DNA of 64,000 bases from Lachnospiraceae bacterium (GTDB lineage Bacteria > Bacillota > Clostridia > Lachnospirales > Lachnospiraceae): the NCBI GenBank assembly GCA_017513125.1, contig JAFWDI010000017.1:101012-165011 (forward strand), given 5' to 3'. A program made the position numbers and the translations under genes. The notes below the pieces were generated by a model. It made no database searches and was not told the DNA's origin. It saw only the letters and a list, made by a program, of their open reading frames with translations. How positions within the stretch are numbered: position 1 is the first letter of the stretch; each line of letters opens with the position of its first letter. Below are positions 16,941 to 26,320 of this stretch, piece after piece.

Positions 16941-18971
16941 ATGACCTTTTTTAAGAGAGACACGAAGACGGACGATCACGGACATAAAAAGGCGGGAAGA
17001 CTGCCGCGCGTGATCGCGGGCCTGATCGCGGCATGCGTGCTGGCGGTGACGGCATTGCCCGGCGTCGTTCCCGGCAGCATCGCGCTGGCCGACGAACCCT
17101 ACACCGCGGGAAATTCGCTTCCGGGGATCGAGGGCGGCGCAGGCTACATGATGGAGGCGAACACCGGAGTCTGCCTTTACAGTTATAACGGCGACCAGCG
17201 GATGAACCCCGCCAGCACGACGAAGATCCTGACCGCGCTGCTCGTGATCGAGCACTGCACGGATTACCAGGAAGTCATTACGTTCTCGCACGAGTCCGTG
17301 AACAATATCAGCTGGGACTCCTCGAAGATCGGTGCCCAGGAGGGTGAGCAGATGACCGTCGAGCAGGTGATGTACGGCCTGTTCCTGAAGTCGGGCAATG
17401 ACGCGGCCTACGCCCTCGCGGAGTACGTCTCCGGCACGATGGAGGAGTTCGCGGAGCTGATGACGCGGCGTGCGGCCGAGCTCGGCTGCACGGGAAGTCA
17501 TTTCGCGAACCCGCACGGCCTGACGGACGAGGAGCATTATACGACCGCGCACGACCTGGCGGTCATTCTGCGCGAGTGCGTGCGCCATCCGGAGTTCATG
17601 CAGTTCGCGGGCGCGGATTACTACTATATCGAGCGAACGAACCAAAACCCGGACGGGTACATCTGGTATACATCGAATAAACTGCTGAACGACTCGTATG
17701 AGACCTATGACGAGCGCGTGATCGCCAGTAAGACCGGCTTCACGGACGAGGCCGGAAACTGCCTGGTGACCGCGGCGCAGGTCGGGGACATGACACTGCT
17801 GGTCACGGTGATGGGGTGCCATGACACGCATTATTCCGACACCGCGACGCTGCTGAACTACGGCTTCGATCACTTCGCGGTGCATAATATGAACCCGGAC
17901 GTCGGGGACGGATCGGCGGACCATGCGATGTTCGGTTCCTGGCGCAGGCTCATCCGCGATTCCGATCTGTCGATCGACGCGGAATCGGCTTATGTGCTGC
18001 TTCCGAAGGAGGCGGACGTGAGCGAGGTCGCGACGCAGATCATTCCGGAGACGGAGGATCCGAACGACGACGTGATCGCGAACATCGTTTATACGTACGG
18101 AGACCGGACCGTGGGACAGTCCGCGGTGCGGCTGGATACGTCCGCGGTCGGTTCGGCGGTGCGGATGCTTGAGCGCGCGCAGGGCCGGAGTTTCACGGAT
18201 GAGACCGCGGATGCCGCGGAAGGCGGCGCGGGCCGCGGAGACGCCGGGAGCGGGGACAGCGGTTCCGCGGCGGTGCCTGCGCGGGGACCCGCGGGGATCG
18301 GGATGAAGCCGATCATCGCCCTGGTAGTCGTGCTGGCGGTTCTGGCGGCGATCGTGATCGCGATGGCGGCCCGGAACCGCATGAATAAGAAGCCTTCGAA
18401 GCTGGTCTACGGCCCGAAGGTGAAGCATGCGGCGGGGGCCGCGGAGACGCCCGAAGAACGGCGTGTCAGACGCGACCCGGACGGAGCGCCGCTGAGGGGA
18501 CGCGCGATCCGAAAGGATCAGCAGATACATGCGACCCATGCGGCGCCGGGCACGCCCGGCGGGCGCAGGCGGACGGCCGACATGGAGGAGAAGCGCCGGC
18601 GCACCATGAATACTTCCGGCCATGATCCGAAACCGCACAGGCAGCTCACTCCCGAGGAGCAGAAGCGCCGCGCGGCCGCCCGTGAGGAGGCTCAGCGCAG
18701 GGCGGCGGCACGGACCGCGGCGCAGAAGCGCGCCAGAGAGCAGGAGCAGGAGCACAGACAGTCCGAGGCGCGGAAGAACGCACGGACGCGGGCACATATC
18801 GAGGAGAGCCGCAGGAAGAACGAGGAGCCGCAGCGCGGCGGGTCCTACGAGAACCGTCCGGCGCGCAGACCGGAAGGTCTGACCGGGACGTCGGGCCTGA
18901 GTTCGGATCTCGTGAACGAGCGCCTGAGAAGGCGCGCGGAGCGGGAGGACCGCGGCAGGGACAAGGAGTAA
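16941..18971 (+). CDS. D-alanyl-D-alanine carboxypeptidase (S11, PBP5/6 type) with TM helix and long basic cytoplasmic tail
   Basis: SxxK (ASTTK), SGN (KSGND) and KTG (SKTGFT) motifs. TM segment IIALVVVLAVLAAIVIAMAA, followed by about 200 aa rich in R/E/A/K/Q. Start is 16941 or 16923. A strong terminator follows the stop directly. Confidence 0.85.
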   Translation: MTFFKRDTKTDDHGHKKAGRLPRVIAGLIAACVLAVTALPGVVPGSIALADEPYTAGNSLPGIEGGAGYMMEANTGVCLYSYNGDQRMNPASTTKILTALLVIEHCTDYQEVITFSHESVNNISWDSSKIGAQEGEQMTVEQVMYGLFLKSGNDAAYALAEYVSGTMEEFAELMTRRAAELGCTGSHFANPHGLTDEEHYTTAHDLAVILRECVRHPEFMQFAGADYYYIERTNQNPDGYIWYTSNKLLNDSYETYDERVIASKTGFTDEAGNCLVTAAQVGDMTLLVTVMGCHDTHYSDTATLLNYGFDHFAVHNMNPDVGDGSADHAMFGSWRRLIRDSDLSIDAESAYVLLPKEADVSEVATQIIPETEDPNDDVIANIVYTYGDRTVGQSAVRLDTSAVGSAVRMLERAQGRSFTDETADAAEGGAGRGDAGSGDSGSAAVPARGPAGIGMKPIIALVVVLAVLAAIVIAMAARNRMNKKPSKLVYGPKVKHAAGAAETPEERRVRRDPDGAPLRGRAIRKDQQIHATHAAPGTPGGRRRTADMEEKRRRTMNTSGHDPKPHRQLTPEEQKRRAAAREEAQRRAAARTAAQKRAREQEQEHRQSEARKNARTRAHIEESRRKNEEPQRGGSYENRPARRPEGLTGTSGLSSDLVNERLRRRAEREDRGRDKE

Positions 18972-18980
18972 AGCATAATG

Positions 18981-19010
18981 AAAGCGGCGGGAGACGATCC
19001 CGCCGCTTTT
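18981..19010 (+). terminator. rho-independent terminator
   Basis: 12-bp stem aaagcggcggga/tcccgccgcttt ending in a T run. Confidence 0.8.
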
Positions 19011-19119
19011 GGTATCCGGCACAGACACAGGCTGTTTTCGGGGTTGATTTCGGAAAACGCCTGTGTTATATTATGAAAACCAGATATGTTTATAACATAT
19101 GTGCGAAAGCTCCGCGCGC

Positions 19120-19986
19120 TCAGATCAGCGAACGCATCGCCGACGAGAACGCGTCGTTCGCGCCCTTGATGTCCTTCATCAGCTCGATGGAGACTTCGGT
19201 CCGGGACGCGTGCTTGTCGATGCGCTCGTCGATCTGCTCGAGGTCGGCGATCATGTTCGACAGCGTGATGCCGAGCTCCTGTACGTGCTGGTCGATCGGA
19301 GGGATGCCTTCGCGGTTCTTCTTCACCTCCTCGGAGATCTCGAAGAAGCTCTCGGTGTAGGCGGAGACCTTCCCGTCGATGCCTTTCAGCATGTGCAGCT
19401 GCTCTTCGGTCGCCGCGTTTACACCGTCGGTCGTGGCGACGATGCGCTCGAGGCGCTCCTTGATCGAGAAGGTGTCCATGGTCGTGGCCTGGAGTTCGGC
19501 CTTCGTGGCTTCGAGGTCCTGCCGGAGGATGGACAGCGAGGTGATGATGTCCTCGTCGTACTGTCCGAGCTTATTCGTCTCCTGATGCAGTGCGAGCACG
19601 TCGTCGGAGATCTTCGTGATGTCGCCCGCGGCGAGACGCATGTTCCGGGCGGAGTCCTCGAGGTTTTCGGCGGACTGCTCGGCGGCGGTGAGGATCTCGT
19701 TGATATCGCTCTTCAGCGAGCTTTCGTTCATCTGGTACCTGCGGATGGCCTCCGTGTTATCCGCGATCTGGCTTTCCATGATCTGCACGCGTCCCGTCAG
19801 CTCGCGGAGCTCGCCGGTCGTGCCGGTCACGTCTTCGCGGATCTTCCGGACCTCCGCTTCGACGTTCTCCGAGACGGCCTGCAGGGTGCGCTGGTTCTTT
19901 TCCAGTGCCTGCATCGTGTTCTGGATGGTCTGCATGTCGGAAGCCAGCAGCGAGAGCAGTTTTATGAGTTTTTCATCCTGATCCAT
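19120..19986 (-). CDS. hypothetical all-helical coiled-coil protein (288 aa)
   Basis: MDQDEKLIKLL start behind AAAGGAG. Heptad-rich and has no TM segment. No family recognised. Confidence 0.65.
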   Translation of the reverse strand: MDQDEKLIKLLSLLASDMQTIQNTMQALEKNQRTLQAVSENVEAEVRKIREDVTGTTGELRELTGRVQIMESQIADNTEAIRRYQMNESSLKSDINEILTAAEQSAENLEDSARNMRLAAGDITKISDDVLALHQETNKLGQYDEDIITSLSILRQDLEATKAELQATTMDTFSIKERLERIVATTDGVNAATEEQLHMLKGIDGKVSAYTESFFEISEEVKKNREGIPPIDQHVQELGITLSNMIADLEQIDERIDKHASRTEVSIELMKDIKGANDAFSSAMRSLI

Positions 19987-20157
19987 AGAGGGTCTCCTTT
20001 CAGGGGATCTTTCTGTCTTTGCGGCCTTAAGGGCCTTCCCAATTATAGCCTTTTCGAGGCGCGAACGCAAACGCGCCTGTTCGGGCTCCCGAAGCGGCTT
20101 CCGCCGGCGGGGGTCCGGTGACGGCGCACTTTATTACCTGGATTACGGAGAAAAGAT

Positions 20158-23100
20158 ATGAAAAAGATATTGAAACGGGCGGCGGCCGTACCGGCGGCAC
20201 TCCTGGTACTGGCCGCGCTTCTTTTGATCCTGCCCCCGCAGACCGCCTTCGCGGCGAAGGACCTCGGGGACGGCATTTATTCTCATAACTATCAGGGCTG
20301 GTTCGGGAGCGGCCTGGACAGCCTGCTGATCGCTTGTTTCCGGACGGCGATTCCGGAGGACGCGGTGCTGGTCACGCCGGGAGGCGAAGTCATTGCCCGC
20401 AGGGAGATCACCTACGTCGACGGGATGCATCTGATGAACGCGGTCTCGGCCAATGACTCGGGCCCCCGCACACACGCGTACATGCGGCTCACGCATCTGT
20501 GGCGGGACGCCGCGGGGAACCCGGTCTACTGCTATGACTATGCGACGGACGATAACGGCACGCGGGCGCTGTATTCGTTCGATGATCTGCCCGCCTCCTA
20601 TGTGAACCGCGACCGGTTCGTGCGGGCCTGGCAGATGGCGTCGGCATTGTCCGCGGACGGTTTTGCACTGCTGAAGGCGAACCTGCGCGGCGCCTGCCGG
20701 GACGTGACTTCGGTCGTGGATCCCTCGTGGGTCATGAGCGGCGAGGTCACATATCAGGCATTGGTCAATGACACGAACGCCCTCCAGGCTATCGTCCAGG
20801 AATGCGTGTGGCTCGTGATGCATGACGCGTCCGCGGGCGAGATCCAGGTCGGGACTTCGTTCGGCGGCGGGGGACAGTGGATCCACACGAAAGACGGGGA
20901 CGTCTGGACCGAGACAGGGCTGCAGTCGGAGACGGCGGAGAACGGAACGTTTATCGATTTCGCGCTGCTGATCGGCGTCGGGACCGGGGCGGGAGCGCCT
21001 TACGGGACCCCGGATCTGGTCTCGTCGGGCTCGACCCCGGGAGACATCACGAACCCCGGCGCGTCCGGCGGGCAGCTGCTGGTCGTGGTGAAGCTGCAGG
21101 AGCCGACCGGGTTCCTGCGCGTGCGGAAGGTGAGTGCGGATCCCGGCATGACCGGCGGGAACCGGATGTATCCGCTGGGCGGGATCACGTTCCGGGTGTA
21201 TGCCGACGAAGACTGTACGGAACCCGCGGCCGGACCGGACGGGGCGGCCGTCGTTCTCACCACGAATGAGCGGGGAGTGACCGGGACCGCGGAACTGGCT
21301 CCCGGGGTCTATTGGGTGCGTGAAGACGCGTCCACGGTCGGAAACTGGGTCTGGAACGAACAGCCTGTTCGGGTCGAAGTCACGGCGGACCGCACGGCCG
21401 AGGCGCCCGCGGAGGCATCCGTGGCCAATGAGCCCGCGGCCTGCCCGGTCGGCATTTTCCTGACGAAGATCGACGCCGAGACCGGGGAGAGCCGGCCGCA
21501 GGGGACCGCGTCGCTGGAGGGCGCGCGGTTCACGGTGGAGTATTACGACGCTCCGGCCGCGTCGGGCGAGCCGCTGCGGACCTGGGAGTTCGGGACGGAT
21601 GCGGACGGCGTCGTCAGGATGGACGCCGCACATCTGATCTCGGGAGATGAGCCGTACACGGCTTCGGGCAGAGCAGGAAGCGGCGGCGGAGGCGCGGCAG
21701 GTCAGTTCGTCATCCCTGCCGGCACGGTCACGATCCGGGAGACGCAGGCGCCTGTGGGCTATCTGGAAAATGAAACGGTCCATACCGTGCACATCACGGC
21801 GCGGGGCGGTGCGGCCGTACCGGACGTTCCGTTCGTGCGGCACGGGAATACGGCGGACCTGCGGCTGCGCTGCGAAGAACAGATCATCCGGGCGGATCTG
21901 AAGTTTTCGAAGCTGGACATTGACGGGAGCCCGATGGCGGGGGTCCGCTTCCGGATCGATCTGCTGGACGCGGAAGGGGATACCGTCGAGAGCCATGAAG
22001 CCGTCACGGACGAAAACGGCCGGTTCGACACTTCGGCCGGGGATACCGGCATCCGGTTCGGCGGGCCGTCCGCGGGAGGCACGGACCGGGGAGCGCTCAT
22101 CTTCGGACGGTACCGGGTCACGGAGCTGCCCTGCGCCGCGAACGCGGGTCACGATCTCCTCGCACAGGAGTTTACGGTCTCCGAGGACGGAAAGGTCTAT
22201 GAGCTTTCGGCGGTATTCATCGACCTGGTCATCCACCTGGAGTCGGACCTGATCGATGATGCGAGCGGGACGCGGACCGTGACGCTCGCGGAGGAGACGC
22301 CGGTCACGGACACATTCCGCTATGACCATCTGAAGACTTCGAAGACCTATGTTCTGGAGACCGAGATCGTCTGGGTGAGCGAAGACGGAAGCGGGCGGGA
22401 GTCACTGGGTTCCGGCCGGGTGACGTTCGTTCCGGAGTCACAGGATGGCGGACAGACCGCGGGCGGGACCGTCAGGAACACGGTCGCTGTGCGGACGCTG
22501 GGGCTGAACGGCGGCACGCTGCACGCGGTCGACCGGCTCTATCAGGAGGAAGACGGGGAAGAGATCCTTCTCACGACGCATAACGAAGATCTGAGCGAGG
22601 AGCGGCAGACGCTGCGCGTGCCGTGGATCGGGACGACCGCCGCGGACACAGCTTCGGGAGATCATATCGGCACGCTTTCCGGGGAGGCGTCGGTCACGGA
22701 CGTCGTGGAGTACCGCGGGCTGGCCGACGGGATGTACCGGCTGGAGGGAACGCTGCGCGACGCGGAGACCGGCGAGGCGGTCGCGGGTCCGGACGGCGAA
22801 CCCTGCGCCGTGACGAGGCTGCTGCGCGTCAGCGGGAAACTGACTGACATGCAGGAGCGCGGCGAGATGACGGCCGGGCCGGCGGACGGCGAGGTGACCA
22901 TGCCGGAGTTCCGGTTCGACGCGTGCGCATATGCGGGGCGGACGCTCGTCGTGACGGAGGTCCTTTTCGATTATGATACCGGCGCGGCGCTTCTGGCGCA
23001 CGACGACCTTTCCGACGAAGATCAGCAGGTCTCCTATCTGCGGATCACGACGTCCGCTTCGGCCGCGGATACCGGGGATCACGTCGCCGGAAACCTTGAG

Positions 23101-24780
23101 GAGTGCGTGATCACGGACGTTGTGACATACGAAGGACTGCGGACGGACGGGAGCACCTATACGCTGCGGGGATACCTCGCGGACGGCGAGACCGGCGGGC
23201 CGGTCCTGGTCGGCGGCGCGCATGTGGAAGCGGAGACGGAGTTCGTACCGGAGGAGCCGTCGGGACAAGTCGCGATGACGTTTACGTTCGATGCGTCGGC
23301 ATTGGGCGGGACCCGGATCGCAGTATTCGAGGAACTGCTGCACGAAGGCGTGAGCGAAGCGGTCCACGCGGACCCGGAGGATGCGGATCAGATGGTCTAT
23401 ATTCCCGCGATCCGCACGAGCGCGCGCGACGCGGGGACCGGAATCGACCACACGCGGGCGGAAAGCGGGGCCGAACTGATAGATAACGTATGTTATTCTA
23501 TGCTCCTGCCGGACCGCGAGTACACGCTGCGGGGATATCTGGTGAACAGGAACACGGGCGAACCGCTCACGGACGCCGAAGGTGCGCGGATCGAAAGCGG
23601 GACGGTCTTTACACCGGAGACTTCGGAAGGCTCGGTCGACGTGACGTTTCCGTTCGACGCGGACCGGTTTTCGGGCGTGCCTGTCGTGGTGTTCGAGGAG
23701 CTGTATCTCGGGGAGACTCTGCTCGTCTCGCATGCCGATATTGATGACGAAGAGCAGTCCGGCTACATCCCGGAGATCCGCACGAACGCGGTGTTCGCGG
23801 AGACCGGGGAGCACATCGCGGAGGCGGCGGGACAGGTCACGGTCGTCGATACGGTCATGTACGAGGGGCTGCGCCCGGACACGAAATACGTTCTGACGGG
23901 GACGCTCACGGACCGGGAAACCGGCGGGACGGTCTCTGCGGACGGACGGCCGGTGACCGCGGCCGTGACATTTGTGACGGGGCATGCAGAGGAAGCGCAG
24001 AGCGGCAGCCGGACCGTCAGCGGTTCGGTCGATGTTGAGTTTACGTTCGATGCGTCTGTGCTGGCAGGGAGAACGCTGACGGCGTGCGAGACATTGACCA
24101 GGGAAGGCCGGGAAGTCGCGGTCCATGCGGACCTGAATGACGAGGCGCAGACCGTATATCTGCCCGGGGTCGCCACGCGGGCGTCAGACCGGCGGAGCGG
24201 GACGCAGGAGCTGAGCCTCGGGACGAGATCGGTGCTGGTCGATGAGGTCGATTACGAGGACCTGCTGCCCGGCCGCACATACACGGTCCGCGGAACAGTC
24301 ATGGACCGTGCGTCCGGAACAGCCCTGCGGGACGCGGAGGGCGAGCCGGTGACGGCGGAGACTGTGTTTGCCCCGGAGACTCCGGACGGTACGGCCGAGG
24401 TGGAGTTCCGGATCGACACGAGCGGGCTGCACGGCAGGGAACTGGTGGTGTTCGAACGGCTGTATACGGCCGCGGGTGACGGATCCGGAAACGGGGGCGG
24501 GGAGGATGAGCTTCTGATCGCCCGGCATGAAGATCTGAATGCGGCTTCGCAGACCGTCAGAGTCCCGGAGCGGCCGTCCGCGGTCCTGACCGGAGACCGT
24601 GCGAGACCGGCGGTTCTGATCGGGCTGTGCGTGTGCGCGGGAGGCGCGGCGGTATGCTGCGGATCCGCGCTCATCCCCGCCCGTGACCGGCTGTTTCCCA
24701 AACGAAGCCGGGGAAAAGAGGCTTCCCTGTCAGACGCAGATCAGCTCGAAACCGGCGGAATGAGTGAAAGAAAAGCGTAA
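20158..24780 (+). CDS. cell-wall-anchored adhesin: candidate thioester domain + SpaA/CnaB-like domains + about 6 ester-bond (VaFE-type) repeats
   Basis: Signal peptide ...PPQTAFA. YCYD and VQECVW motifs. TIRETQAPVGYL-type prealbumin-fold modules. Repeats end in VVFEELY...HxDxxDxxQ...IxTxAxD. C-terminal VLTGD, hydrophobic stretch and basic tail. Confidence 0.85.
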   Translation: MKKILKRAAAVPAALLVLAALLLILPPQTAFAAKDLGDGIYSHNYQGWFGSGLDSLLIACFRTAIPEDAVLVTPGGEVIARREITYVDGMHLMNAVSANDSGPRTHAYMRLTHLWRDAAGNPVYCYDYATDDNGTRALYSFDDLPASYVNRDRFVRAWQMASALSADGFALLKANLRGACRDVTSVVDPSWVMSGEVTYQALVNDTNALQAIVQECVWLVMHDASAGEIQVGTSFGGGGQWIHTKDGDVWTETGLQSETAENGTFIDFALLIGVGTGAGAPYGTPDLVSSGSTPGDITNPGASGGQLLVVVKLQEPTGFLRVRKVSADPGMTGGNRMYPLGGITFRVYADEDCTEPAAGPDGAAVVLTTNERGVTGTAELAPGVYWVREDASTVGNWVWNEQPVRVEVTADRTAEAPAEASVANEPAACPVGIFLTKIDAETGESRPQGTASLEGARFTVEYYDAPAASGEPLRTWEFGTDADGVVRMDAAHLISGDEPYTASGRAGSGGGGAAGQFVIPAGTVTIRETQAPVGYLENETVHTVHITARGGAAVPDVPFVRHGNTADLRLRCEEQIIRADLKFSKLDIDGSPMAGVRFRIDLLDAEGDTVESHEAVTDENGRFDTSAGDTGIRFGGPSAGGTDRGALIFGRYRVTELPCAANAGHDLLAQEFTVSEDGKVYELSAVFIDLVIHLESDLIDDASGTRTVTLAEETPVTDTFRYDHLKTSKTYVLETEIVWVSEDGSGRESLGSGRVTFVPESQDGGQTAGGTVRNTVAVRTLGLNGGTLHAVDRLYQEEDGEEILLTTHNEDLSEERQTLRVPWIGTTAADTASGDHIGTLSGEASVTDVVEYRGLADGMYRLEGTLRDAETGEAVAGPDGEPCAVTRLLRVSGKLTDMQERGEMTAGPADGEVTMPEFRFDACAYAGRTLVVTEVLFDYDTGAALLAHDDLSDEDQQVSYLRITTSASAADTGDHVAGNLEECVITDVVTYEGLRTDGSTYTLRGYLADGETGGPVLVGGAHVEAETEFVPEEPSGQVAMTFTFDASALGGTRIAVFEELLHEGVSEAVHADPEDADQMVYIPAIRTSARDAGTGIDHTRAESGAELIDNVCYSMLLPDREYTLRGYLVNRNTGEPLTDAEGARIESGTVFTPETSEGSVDVTFPFDADRFSGVPVVVFEELYLGETLLVSHADIDDEEQSGYIPEIRTNAVFAETGEHIAEAAGQVTVVDTVMYEGLRPDTKYVLTGTLTDRETGGTVSADGRPVTAAVTFVTGHAEEAQSGSRTVSGSVDVEFTFDASVLAGRTLTACETLTREGREVAVHADLNDEAQTVYLPGVATRASDRRSGTQELSLGTRSVLVDEVDYEDLLPGRTYTVRGTVMDRASGTALRDAEGEPVTAETVFAPETPDGTAEVEFRIDTSGLHGRELVVFERLYTAAGDGSGNGGGEDELLIARHEDLNAASQTVRVPERPSAVLTGDRARPAVLIGLCVCAGGAAVCCGSALIPARDRLFPKRSRGKEASLSDADQLETGGMSERKA

Positions 24781-24819
24781 GTTTCTGTACATCCGGGACC
24801 GATCCGCCGACGCCTCTCA

Positions 24820-24848
24820 TTGACAAAACCCCATGCCGGAAATAAACT
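24820..24848 (+). promoter_or_regulatory. candidate promoter for proS
   Basis: TTGACA, a 17-nt spacer, then TAAACT. Confidence 0.45.
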
Positions 24849-24880
24849 GGAATAAGTCTGTTTATTAAGGAGAAAGCATC

Positions 24881-26320
24881 ATGGCGAAAGAGAAAAAACT
24901 GGTCGAGGCCATCACTTCCATGAGTGAGGATTTCGCTCAGTGGTACACGGACGTGGTCAGAAAAGCGGAGCTCGTGGAGTACTCCGGCGTGCGCGGCTGC
25001 ATGATCTACCGCCCGTACGGCTACGCGATCTGGGAGAACATCCAGCGTGAACTGGACGCGCGGTTTAAGGCGACCGGCGTCGAGAACGTCTACATGCCCA
25101 TGTTCATCCCCGAGAGCCTGCTCCAGCGCGAGAAGGACCATGTCGAGGGTTTCGCCCCCGAGGTGGCCTGGGTCACGCACGGCGGGTACGAGGAGCTGCA
25201 GGAGCGGCTGTGCGTGCGCCCGACGTCCGAGACATTGTTCTGCGACCTGTATTCGAAGATCGTGCAGTCCTATCGCGACCTGCCGAAGAATTATAACCAG
25301 TGGTGCTCCGTGGTGCGCTGGGAGAAGACCACGCGTCCTTTCCTGCGCTCGGCCGAGTTCCTGTGGCAGGAGGGCCACACGGCCCATGCGACCGCCGAGG
25401 AAGCCGAGGAGCGCACGATCCTGATGCTGAACATCTATGCGAACTTCTGCGAGGATTTCCTGGCGATCCCCGTGGTGAAGGGCCAGAAGACGGAAAAGGA
25501 GAAGTTCGCGGGCGCGAAGTCGACCTACACGATCGAGGCGCTGATGCACGACGGTAAGGCGCTGCAGTCCGGCACGAGCCATAACTTCGGCGACGGATTT
25601 GCGCAGGCTTTCGGCATCCAGTACTCCGACGCGAATAACGAGCTGAAGTACGTCCATCAGACTTCCTGGGGCATGTCCACCCGCATCATCGGCGCGATCA
25701 TCATGGTCCACGGCGATGACAGCGGACTGAAGCTGCCGCCGCGCGTGGCGCCCACGCAGGTCACGGTCATTCCGATCGCGCAGCGGAAGGAAGGCGTGAT
25801 GGAGGCGGCCGGCGCTCTGAACGACCGGCTCGTCGCCGCGGGCATCCGTGCGAAGTTCGACGACTCGGATAAGAGCCCGGGATGGAAGTTCTCCGAGCAG
25901 GAGATGCGCGGCATCCCGCTGCGCGTGGAGATCGGTCCGCGCGACATCGAGAACGGTCAGTGCGTGCTGGTCCGCCGCGATACCGGCGAAAAGATCGAGA
26001 CGCCGCTGGAGGGCATCGAGGAGACCGTGAAGGCGCTGCTCGAGCAGATCCAGGCCGATATGCTGGCGGCCGCGAGAGCACACCTCGAAAGCCACATCTC
26101 CGACGCTGTGACCTACGACGAGTTCCGGGACGCCGTCGAGAATAAACCCGGCTTCATCCGTGCGATGTGGTGCGGCGATGAGGCCTGCGAGCTGAAGATA
26201 AAGGAAGACACGACCGCGACTTCGCGGTGCATGCCGTTCGAGCAGGAGAGCATCTCTGATGTGTGCGTCTGCTGCGGACGCCCTGCGAAGAAACTGGTCT
26301 ACTGGGGTAAGGCATATTAA
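24881..26320 (+). CDS. proS: proline--tRNA ligase (archaeal/eukaryote-like short type)
   Basis: 479 aa; N-terminus [26 protein letters not shown]... and class II motifs. Lacks the bacterial INS editing domain. Confidence 0.9.
   Translation: MAKEKKLVEAITSMSEDFAQWYTDVVRKAELVEYSGVRGCMIYRPYGYAIWENIQRELDARFKATGVENVYMPMFIPESLLQREKDHVEGFAPEVAWVTHGGYEELQERLCVRPTSETLFCDLYSKIVQSYRDLPKNYNQWCSVVRWEKTTRPFLRSAEFLWQEGHTAHATAEEAEERTILMLNIYANFCEDFLAIPVVKGQKTEKEKFAGAKSTYTIEALMHDGKALQSGTSHNFGDGFAQAFGIQYSDANNELKYVHQTSWGMSTRIIGAIIMVHGDDSGLKLPPRVAPTQVTVIPIAQRKEGVMEAAGALNDRLVAAGIRAKFDDSDKSPGWKFSEQEMRGIPLRVEIGPRDIENGQCVLVRRDTGEKIETPLEGIEETVKALLEQIQADMLAAARAHLESHISDAVTYDEFRDAVENKPGFIRAMWCGDEACELKIKEDTTATSRCMPFEQESISDVCVCCGRPAKKLVYWGKAY

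Noticed and set aside
16899-19028. 709-aa minus-strand ORF
   Set aside because: Antisense to the DD-carboxypeptidase gene. Low-complexity R/P/L-rich translation.
19120-19986. The coiled-coil protein as a methyl-accepting chemotaxis signalling domain
   Set aside because: It lacks the highly conserved MCP hairpin-tip motif, and has no HAMP domain or TM segments.
20143-24126. 728-aa and 562-aa minus-strand ORFs
   Set aside because: Both lie antisense to the adhesin gene, whose own frame carries a signal peptide, repeats and a sorting signal.
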